14,989 bases of DNA from a virus (Duplodnaviria > Heunggongvirae > Uroviricota > Caudoviricetes). The translations under genes and the position numbers were made by a program. Where the stretch lies: positions 1-14,989 of IMG/VR virus record IMGVR_UViG_2531839523_000008; one strand, written 5' to 3'. Positions 8,623 to 14,989 of this stretch are shown piece after piece. Positions within the stretch are counted from its first letter, which is position 1. Each line of letters opens with the position of its first letter. The notes below the pieces were generated by a model. That model was not told where the DNA came from, made no database searches, and worked only from the letters and a program-made list of their open reading frames with translations.

Positions 8623-8732
8623 AAGTTTTAATTTATACGCTTGCGTATTGATGGTCAAAACACGTTTTGCTATTGTTATGATTAATACGCATTGCTATTA
8701 TTTATTCGTTGCAATACCAATAGGAATTGATA
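8623..8732. promoter_or_regulatory. OR operator / divergent PRM-PR region between cI and cro
   Basis: 110-bp divergent intergenic region with palindrome ATACGC-TT-GCGTAT (8635-8648), half-site variant ATACGCATTGCTAT (8685-8698) and TTGCTATTG (8667-8675). Confidence 0.6.
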
Positions 8733-8960
8733 ATGACAAATCAAACCATTCAACTCGCAATCAGTATTACAGGTAGTCAAAAACGACTGGCAGATCTATG
8801 CGGTGTAGCCCAACCCACTGTTTGGCGTTGGCTACACGGTGGCGGAATTGATGCCCGCTATGTAATGAAAATTGTCTCAGCCACTGGTGGAAAGATTAAA
8901 CCAGCAGATATTCGTCCCGACCTCGCACCATTGTTTAACGCGAGTAATTCTGCCGCCTAA
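8733..8960 (+). CDS. cro: Cro-like HTH regulator (YdaS-type)
   Basis: ATG at 8733 with AGGAA Shine-Dalgarno sequence (track start 8727 is TTG). Product MTNQTIQLAISITGSQKRLADLCGVAQPTVWRWLHGG is a YdaS/Cro-type HTH; divergent from cI. Confidence 0.8.
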   Translation: MTNQTIQLAISITGSQKRLADLCGVAQPTVWRWLHGGGIDARYVMKIVSATGGKIKPADIRPDLAPLFNASNSAA

Positions 8961-8984
8961 ACTGCGGCGTTAACTGATAAGGCA

Positions 8985-9530
8985 ATGACTATGCAACCAC
9001 TTACATACCAACAGACTAGCGGATTTAGCCCGACTGCGGTGATAAATCGTTCTCAAACAAAACAAGCTCCAGGCCACGAAAAAATCCGTGATGCCGTCCG
9101 CGCCTGGTCGGCTGCAGATAATCAGGATGTTGTTGCCGCACTCATTGTGAATGAGTATCGGGAGCAGGGCGGCGGCACCATCGATTTCCCTGATGATGTC
9201 AGCCGTGCACGCCAGAAGCTGTTCCGCTTCCTCGATAACAAATTCGATTCTGAAAAATACCGAAATAACGTGCGTGAACTGACCCCGGCAATTCTGGCGG
9301 TACTACCGCTGGAATATCGCGGTTACCTGGTTGAGCAGGATAGCTTTATGGCTAGGTTGGCTGAAATGGAAAAGGAACTCAGTGAGGCAAAACAGGCTGT
9401 CATTCTCAACGCACCACGCCACCAGAAACTGAAGGAGATGAGTGAAGGCATTGTGTCGATGTTTCGAGTGGACCCGGATCTGGCTGGTCCATTGATGGCG
9501 ATGGTCACCACCATGCTGGGGGCAATATGA
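8985..9530 (+). CDS. YdaT-like protein in the cII position
   Basis: 181-aa ORF following cro; motifs EYREQGGG and LTPAILAVLP resemble Rac YdaT-family proteins as I recall them; AAGG Shine-Dalgarno sequence upstream. Confidence 0.65.
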   Translation: MTMQPLTYQQTSGFSPTAVINRSQTKQAPGHEKIRDAVRAWSAADNQDVVAALIVNEYREQGGGTIDFPDDVSRARQKLFRFLDNKFDSEKYRNNVRELTPAILAVLPLEYRGYLVEQDSFMARLAEMEKELSEAKQAVILNAPRHQKLKEMSEGIVSMFRVDPDLAGPLMAMVTTMLGAI

Positions 9531-9616
9531 CAGGTTCAAAAATGGCGAAAGTCGGTCTGCGGGAACAGAACCGACTTTCAGGTGCAAATCGTAACACACT
9601 CATTGCGGGAGGAATT

Positions 9617-10546
9617 ATGGCAAACACTGCTAAGATATTCAATTTTCCAGTGCCGGATGCGGCACAAAAGGAGCCGCGTGTGGCAGATCTCGATGATGGT
9701 TATACGCGCATTGCAAATGAGTTGCTGGAAGCTGTGATGCTGGCCGGATTAACACAGCACCAGCTTCTGGTCTTCCTGGCTGTCATGCGCAAAACATATG
9801 GCTTTAATAAAAAACTGGATTGGGTGAGCAACGAGCAACTTTCCGAGTTGACCGGGATATTGCCGCACAAGTGTTCTGCTGCAAAAAGTGTTCTGGTAAA
9901 GCGTGGGATTTTTATTCAGAGCGGGCGGAATACCGGCATTAATAATGTGGTCAGTGAATGGTCAACATTACCCGAATCAGGTAAGAAAAATAAAGTTTAC
10001 CTGAAAGAGGTAAATTTACCTGAATCAGGTAAAAAAAGTTTACCCAAATCAGGTAAAGGCGTTTACCCGAATCAGGTAAACACAAAAGACAAACTAACAA
10101 AAGACAATATAAAACCTTTTTCGTCCGAGAATTCTGGCGAATCCTCTGACCAACCAGAAAACGATCTTCCTGTGGTGAAACCGGATGCTGCAATTCAGAG
10201 CGGCAGCAAGTGGGGGACAGCAGAAGACCTGACCGCCGCAGAGTGGATGTTTGACATGGTGAAGACCATCGCGCCATCAGCCAGAAAACCGAATTTTGCA
10301 GGGTGGGCTAACGATATCCGCCTGATGCGTGAACGTGACGGACGTAACCACCGCGACATGTGCGTGCTGTTCCGCTGGGCATGCCAGGACAACTTCTGGT
10401 CCGGTAACGTGCTAAGTCCGGCCAAACTCCGCGACAAGTGGACCCAGCTCGAAATCAACCGAAACAAGCAACAGGCTGGCGTGACAGCCGGCAAACCAAA
10501 ACTCGACCTGACGAACACTGACTGGATTTACGGGGTGGAGCTATGA
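9617..10546 (+). CDS. O: replication initiator O
   Basis: ATG at 9617 with GGGAGG Shine-Dalgarno sequence (track start 9527 is an upstream extension). N-terminus MANTAKIFNF... and C-terminal half (SSENSGESSDQPENDL...WIYGVEL) closely match lambda O; internal iterons present. Confidence 0.9.
   Translation: MANTAKIFNFPVPDAAQKEPRVADLDDGYTRIANELLEAVMLAGLTQHQLLVFLAVMRKTYGFNKKLDWVSNEQLSELTGILPHKCSAAKSVLVKRGIFIQSGRNTGINNVVSEWSTLPESGKKNKVYLKEVNLPESGKKSLPKSGKGVYPNQVNTKDKLTKDNIKPFSSENSGESSDQPENDLPVVKPDAAIQSGSKWGTAEDLTAAEWMFDMVKTIAPSARKPNFAGWANDIRLMRERDGRNHRDMCVLFRWACQDNFWSGNVLSPAKLRDKWTQLEINRNKQQAGVTAGKPKLDLTNTDWIYGVEL
9968..10079. repeat. replication origin iterons inside O (about five 18-bp repeats)
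   Basis: Repeats TTTACC(C/T)(G/A)AATCAGGTAA at about 9968, 10015, 10039 and 10062, plus a degenerate copy at 9996; palindromic core CCTGAATCAGG; 23-24 bp spacing; followed by an A-rich tract (10080-10120). Encodes the repeated LPESGKK peptide. Confidence 0.8.
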
Positions 10547-11244
10547 AAAACATCGCCGCACAGATGGTTAACTTTGACTGTGAGCAGATGCGCCGGATCG
10601 CCAACAACATGCCGGAACAGTACGACGAAAAGCCACAGGTACAGCAGGTAGCGCAGATCATCAACGGTGTGTTCAGCCAGTTACTGGCAACTTTCCCGGC
10701 GAGCCTGGCTAACCGTGACCAGAATGAACTGAACGAAATCCGCCGCCAGTGGGTTCTGGCTTTCCGGGAAAACGGGATCACCACAATGGAACAGGTTAAC
10801 GCTGGAATGCGCGTAGCCCGTCGGCAGAATCGACCATTCCTGCCATCACCCGGGCAGTTTGTCGCCTGGTGCCGGGAAGAAGCATCTGTTAACGCCGGGC
10901 TGCCAAACGTCAGCGAGCTGGTTGATATGGTTTACGAGTATTGCCGGAAGCGTGGCCTGTATCCGGATGCAGAGTCTTATCCGTGGAAATCGAACGCGCA
11001 TTACTGGTTGGTTACCAACTTGTACCAGAACATGCGGGCCAATGCGCTGACTGACGCGGAATTACGGCGCAAGGCTGCCGATGAACTGTCCTGTATGACC
11101 GCGCGAATTAACCGTGGTGAGGCGATACCTGAACCAGTAAAACAACTTCCTGTCATGGGCGGTAGACCTCTAAATCGTGCACAGGCTCTGGCGAAGATCG
11201 CAGAAATCAAAGCTAAGTTCGGACTGAAAGGATCAAGTGTATGA
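10543..11244 (+). CDS. P: replication protein P (DnaB helicase loader)
   Basis: 233-aa product MKNIAAQMVNFDCEQMRRIANNMPEQYDEKPQVQQVAQIINGVF... is near-identical to lambda P; ATGA overlap with the O stop. Confidence 0.95.
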   Translation: MKNIAAQMVNFDCEQMRRIANNMPEQYDEKPQVQQVAQIINGVFSQLLATFPASLANRDQNELNEIRRQWVLAFRENGITTMEQVNAGMRVARRQNRPFLPSPGQFVAWCREEASVNAGLPNVSELVDMVYEYCRKRGLYPDAESYPWKSNAHYWLVTNLYQNMRANALTDAELRRKAADELSCMTARINRGEAIPEPVKQLPVMGGRPLNRAQALAKIAEIKAKFGLKGSSV

Positions 11245-11543
11245 CGGGCAAAGAGGCAATTATTCATTACCTGGGGACGCATAAGAGCTTCTGTGCACAG
11301 GACGTTGCCGCGGTAACAGGTGCAACCGTAACCAGCATAAATCAGGCTGCGGCTAAAATGGCGCGGGCAGGAATCCTGGTCGTTGATGGTAAGGTCTGGC
11401 GAACGGTGTATTACCGGTTCGCTACCAGAGAAGAACGGGAAGGAAAGGTGAGCACGAATCTGATTTTTAAGGAGTGTCGCCAGAGTGCCGCGATGAAACG
11501 GGTACTGAGGGTATATAAAAGAACATCAATGGGAACACAATGA
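11241..11543 (+). CDS. ren: Ren protein (intact)
   Basis: MTGKEAIIHYLGTHKSFCAQDVAAVTGATVTSINQAAAKMARAGILVVDGKVWRTVYYRFATREEREGK matches lambda Ren; ATGA overlap with P. Confidence 0.9.
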   Translation: MTGKEAIIHYLGTHKSFCAQDVAAVTGATVTSINQAAAKMARAGILVVDGKVWRTVYYRFATREEREGKVSTNLIFKECRQSAAMKRVLRVYKRTSMGTQ

Positions 11544-11610
11544 TGAAACAGGTGAGTTGAGTTCAAACTGTAGTACAATTCTCTCCAGTTTGAACAGGAA
11601 AGAATATGCT

Positions 11611-11943
11611 ATGAACCCTTATATTTATCTTGGTGGTGCAATACTTGCAGAGGTCATTGGTACAACCTTAATGAAGTTTTCAGAAGGTTTTACACGGTTA
11701 TGGCCATCTGTTGGTACAATTATTTGTTATTGTGCATCATTCTGGTTATTAGCTCAGACGCTGGCTTATATTCCTACAGGGATTGCTTATGGTATCTGGT
11801 CAGGAGTCGGTATTGTCCTGATTAGCTTACTGTCATGGGGATTTTTCGGCCAACGGCTGGACCTGCCAGCCATTATAGGCATGATGTTGCTTTGTGCCGG
11901 TGTGTTGGTTATTAATTTATTGTCACGAAGCACACCACATTAA
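11611..11943 (+). CDS. emrE: small multidrug resistance efflux transporter EmrE
   Basis: ATG at 11611 (MNPYIYLGGAILAEVIGTTLMKFSEGF..., 110 aa, four TM helices) with AGGAAA Shine-Dalgarno sequence; track start 11557 is an upstream extension. Confidence 0.9.
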   Translation: MNPYIYLGGAILAEVIGTTLMKFSEGFTRLWPSVGTIICYCASFWLLAQTLAYIPTGIAYGIWSGVGIVLISLLSWGFFGQRLDLPAIIGMMLLCAGVLVINLLSRSTPH

Positions 11944-11973
11944 AATAATTTGTTTCTAAACGACTAAAATATG

Positions 11974-12014
11974 GAGGCTCTTATATTTATATGAGCCTCG
12001 TTTTATGCTTTTTG
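11974..12014 (+). terminator. intrinsic terminator after emrE
   Basis: Stem GAGGCTC / GAGCCTC (11974-11980 and 11993-11999) with a 12-nt AT loop, followed by GTTTTATGCTTTTTG. Confidence 0.55.
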
Positions 12015-12197
12015 TTAATGTCTTTATTTTTTATGTATTCTTTTGTGCTTTCAAGATTATGGCGTAAGAAAATTGCAATACGATTATTGTTGTATATTCA
12101 AGATAATGTGACCTTAATTGTCTTTTTAAATAAAAATTAAACAAAAATTATATCCCACCACTAAGGTTTATAAAAGCATACGTTAGCAGGTGTCACC

Positions 12198-13724
12198 ATG
12201 AAAAAAGCCATAGCATATATGCGATTTTCATCACCAGGTCAGATGTCTGGCGACTCATTAAACCGACAGAGAAGACTTATTGCTGAATGGTTAAAGGTAA
12301 ATAGTGATTATTATCTTGATACCATAACATATGAAGATTTAGGATTAAGTGCATTCAAAGGAAAGCATGCACAATCAGGAGCTTTTTCGGAATTTTTAGA
12401 TGCTATAGAGCATGGTTATATATTGCCAGGAACTACATTGTTAGTTGAAAGTCTGGACAGACTTTCAAGAGAAAAAGTCGGTGAAGCGATTGAACGTCTG
12501 AAATTGATTTTGAATCACGGTATTGATGTTATAACTCTTTGCGACAATACAGTCTATAATATTGACTCTTTGAATGAGCCATATTCATTAATAAAAGCCA
12601 TACTTATAGCACAAAGGGCAAATGAAGAAAGCGAGATAAAGTCAAGTCGGGTTAAATTATCATGGAAGAAAAAACGGCAGGATGCACTGGAATCAGGTAC
12701 GATTATGACGGCGTCTTGTCCGAGATGGCTCTCCTTAGATGACAAAAGAACGGCTTTTGTTCCAGACCCCGACAGGGTGAAAACTATTGAGCTAATTTTT
12801 AAACTCAGGATGGAAAGGCGCTCATTGAATGCAATAGCCAAGTATTTAAATGATCATGCTGTAAAGAATTTCTCAGGAAAAGAAAGTGTATGGGGACCTT
12901 CTGTAATTGAAAAATTATTAGCGAATAAAGCTCTGATAGGTATATGCGTACCTTCATATCGTGCAAGAGGGAAAGGGATAAGTGAAATCGCTGGTTATTA
13001 TCCCAGAGTCATATCAGATGATTTGTTTTACGCTGTACAGGAAATTCGGTTGGCACCTTTTGGTATTAGCAATAGTAGCAAGAATCCTATGCTAATAAAT
13101 CTACTTCGAACAGTTATGAAGTGTGAGGCTTGTGGTAATACCATGATTGTTCATGCGGTATCTGGAAGTTTGCATGGCTATTATGTTTGTCCGATGAGAA
13201 GATTACATCGATGTGACAGGCCATCAATAAAAAGAGATTTGGTTGATTATAATATCATTAATGAATTGCTTTTTAATTGTAGCAAAATTCAACCAGTTGA
13301 AAACAAGAAAGATGCTAATGAAACTTTAGAGTTAAAAATTATTGAGCTTCAGATGAAAATTAATAATTTAATCGTTGCATTGTCTGTCGCGCCTGAAGTT
13401 ACCGCTATAGCAGAGAAAATAAGACTATTAGATAAGGAATTACGAAGGGCTTCGGTATCATTGAAAACTTTGAAGAGTAAAGGTGTAAATTCATTCAGTG
13501 ATTTTTATGCTATTGACTTAACCAGTAAAAATGGACGAGAGTTATGCCGTACACTTGCCTATAAAACATTCGAAAAAATCATAATTAATACGGATAATAA
13601 AACCTGTGATATCTATTTTATGAATGGCATTGTTTTTAAACACTATCCTTTAATGAAAGTAATATCCGCCCAGCAGGCGATAAGTGCTCTCAAATATATG
13701 GTTGATGGTGAGATTTATTTCTAA
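12198..13724 (+). CDS. ybcK: large serine recombinase (DLP12 YbcK-type)
   Basis: 508-aa ORF; N-terminal resolvase-type catalytic motif AYMRFSSPGQ (nucleophilic Ser); Cys-rich segment (CEACGNTMIVHAV...YYVCP...HRCD) consistent with a recombinase zinc ribbon; AT-rich gene; AGGTG Shine-Dalgarno sequence. Confidence 0.9.
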   Translation: MKKAIAYMRFSSPGQMSGDSLNRQRRLIAEWLKVNSDYYLDTITYEDLGLSAFKGKHAQSGAFSEFLDAIEHGYILPGTTLLVESLDRLSREKVGEAIERLKLILNHGIDVITLCDNTVYNIDSLNEPYSLIKAILIAQRANEESEIKSSRVKLSWKKKRQDALESGTIMTASCPRWLSLDDKRTAFVPDPDRVKTIELIFKLRMERRSLNAIAKYLNDHAVKNFSGKESVWGPSVIEKLLANKALIGICVPSYRARGKGISEIAGYYPRVISDDLFYAVQEIRLAPFGISNSSKNPMLINLLRTVMKCEACGNTMIVHAVSGSLHGYYVCPMRRLHRCDRPSIKRDLVDYNIINELLFNCSKIQPVENKKDANETLELKIIELQMKINNLIVALSVAPEVTAIAEKIRLLDKELRRASVSLKTLKSKGVNSFSDFYAIDLTSKNGRELCRTLAYKTFEKIIINTDNKTCDIYFMNGIVFKHYPLMKVISAQQAISALKYMVDGEIYF

Positions 13725-13922
13725 ATAATGATCTCGGATTTTAAGTTATGCTATGGTGATAAAGTGCAAGACAGAATTAATTATCTTTGACGAAACTTAA
13801 TGGGTAATTACTTTGTTTGCTCCCACAAGCGAGTTTTGTACGGCTGTATTGGGGTAGTAAATGAGCTATACAATCTTAATCATTTGTTAGGTGAGAACTC
13901 TTGGTCGCAGATTCAAATACTG

Positions 13923-13972
13923 AAAATACGTGACAAATTATTATGAGCAAAATGGTGTATGTCACGTATTTT
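13923..13972. repeat. 13-bp perfect inverted repeat with 24-bp spacer in the ybcK-ybcL intergenic region
   Basis: AAAATACGTGACA (13923-13935) and TGTCACGTATTTT (13960-13972) are exact reverse complements. Confidence 0.6.
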
Positions 13973-14105
13973 GAATGGTAGGTTAAAAAATAACACCGAC
14001 TTTCGTAGGTATTACTAATAATAAAGCAGAGTTTTTAGATAGTATCAATGTGCTTTGTGTATATTGTGGCAAATAATTGGGTTGGGGGTACAATTGTGAT
14101 TGCTT

Positions 14106-14135
14106 TTGCATGAACATTGCGCCTTTATGCATAAT
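14106..14135 (+). promoter_or_regulatory. candidate sigma70 promoter for ybcL (TTGCAT - 18 nt - CATAAT)
   Basis: Motifs at 14106-14111 and 14130-14135, about 55 nt upstream of the ybcL ATG; by-eye match only. Confidence 0.3.
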
Positions 14136-14188
14136 GAGATAAAGGAATATCAAATAAAATAACGATAGGTCATAACAAAGAGGTTTTT

Positions 14189-14656
14189 ATGAAAACACTT
14201 ATCGTTTCAACTGTATTGGCATTCATAACATTTTCTGCGCAGGCTGCAGCATTTCAGGTCACTAGTAATGAAATAAAAACAGGAGAGCAACTTACAACGT
14301 CTCATGTCTTTTCTGGATTTGGGTGTGAAGGTGGTAATACATCGCCCTCATTAACCTGGTCTGGTGTTCCTGAAGGTACCAAAAGCTTTGCCGTAACTGT
14401 ATATGATCCAGATGCACCTACAGGCAGTGGTTGGTGGCATTGGACTGTTGTTAATATTCCAGCAACAGTAACATATTTGCCCGTTGATGCAGGGAGACGT
14501 GATGGAACAAAACTGCCGACTGGTGCTGTTCAAGGCCGAAATGATTTTGGCTATGCTGGGTTTGGTGGCGCATGTCCTCCTAAAGGAGATAAACCACATC
14601 ATTACCAGTTTAAAGTATGGGCTCTAAAAACTGAAAAGATTCCTGTAGATTCTTAG
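14189..14656 (+). pseudogene. ybcL: ybcL (PEBP/RKIP-family periplasmic protein) truncated at its 3' end by IS2
   Basis: Signal peptide MKTLIVSTVLAFITFSAQAAA and PEBP-like body. ORF ends at codon 155 with a TAG (14654-14656) formed by the first bases of the IS2 terminal repeat; as I recall, K-12 YbcL is about 28 residues longer. Confidence 0.75.
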
Positions 14657-14989
14657 ACTGCCCCCCTGAATCTCCAGACAACCAGTATCACTTAAATAAG
14701 TGATAGTCTTAATACTAGTTTTTAGACTAGTCATTGGAGAACAGATGATTGATGTCTTAGGGCCGGAGAAACGCAGACGGCGTACCACACAGGAAAAGAT
14801 CGCAATTGTTCAGCAGAGCTTTGAACCGGGGATGACGGTCTCCCTCGTTGCCCGGCAACATGGTGTAGCAGCCAGCCAGTTATTTCTCTGGCGTAAGCAA
14901 TACCAGGAAGGAAGTCTTACTGCTGTCGCCGCCGGAGAACAGGTTGTTCCTGCCTCTGAACTTGCTGCCGCCATGAAGCAGATTAAAGA
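14654..14989 (+). mobile_element. IS2 (IS3 family), left end; continues beyond window
   Basis: Terminal repeat TAGACTGCCCCCCTGAATCTCCAGACAACCAGTATCACTTAA matches the IS2 IRL from memory, followed by orfA (insC). Confidence 0.85.
14745..14989 (+). CDS. insC: IS2 OrfA (InsC) transposase HTH protein, N-terminal part (truncated by window edge)
   Basis: [81 protein letters not shown] matches IS2 InsC; GGAGAA Shine-Dalgarno sequence upstream. Confidence 0.9.

Noticed and set aside
8623-8658. N-terminal extension of cI from the TTG at 8658 (MTINTQAYKLKL-)
   Set aside because: The extension would run through the operator palindrome 8635-8648; the ATG at 8622 gives a leaderless PRM-type cI as in lambda.
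8733-9530. Reading the YdaS-like/YdaT-like pair as a toxin-antitoxin module
   Set aside because: The gene order, the divergent cI and the operator palindromes fit a Cro / cII-position regulator pair of a Rac-type immunity region; as I recall, the earlier TA annotation of YdaS/YdaT has been revised.
9527-9616. N-terminal extension of O from the ATG at 9527, and cro/emrE/fimZ extensions at 8727, 11557 and 1562
   Set aside because: Upstream starts overlap the preceding gene or lack an RBS; internal ATGs with good Shine-Dalgarno sequences give products matching the known protein lengths and N-termini.
9303-11282. Minus-strand ORFs 9303..9599, 9323..9514, 9951..10277, 10195..10518, 10455..10784 and 11001..11282, and plus-strand 10859..11050
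   Set aside because: Antisense or out-of-frame shadows of the near-lambda-identical O/P/ren and YdaT-like genes.
12554-12841. 95-aa minus-strand ORF inside ybcK
   Set aside because: Antisense to the serine recombinase gene; no independent support.
14351-14602. 83-aa minus-strand ORF inside ybcL
   Set aside because: Antisense shadow ORF within the PEBP-family gene.

Overview
E. coli-type chromosomal segment, read from sequence and protein recognition only (no database search was run). Left to right: (1) the left end of an IS21-family element (IstA N-terminus, minus strand) apparently inserted into the last codons of an sfmH-like fimbrial gene; (2) sfmF, fimZ and tRNA-Arg(UCU) argU with a consensus sigma70 promoter; (3) about 10 kb of a lambdoid prophage integrated at argU, with a DLP12-type tyrosine integrase, Xis-like ORF, small early-left genes including a TraR/DksA zinc-finger protein, lambda-type exo-bet-gam, a Rac-like immunity region (LexA/S24-type cI, YdaS-like Cro, YdaT-like protein) and lambda-type O (with internal ori iterons), P and ren; (4) an AT-rich moron island emrE-ybcK-ybcL, with ybcL truncated by an IS2 whose first three bases supply the stop codon. 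The best candidate for something undescribed is an AT-rich, uncharacterised 287-aa protein with one predicted transmembrane helix (7000-7863, minus strand). It is the only cargo of the cI transcript, sitting between cI and an intrinsic terminator in the slot where lambda carries rexAB. Other points worth a second look: no recognisable N gene after the inferred OL/PL, the unassigned small genes between xis and exo, and the orphan large serine recombinase YbcK with a 13-bp inverted repeat downstream. Note that several track ORFs begin at TTG/GTG; starts were trimmed to the ATG with a plausible RBS where stated.
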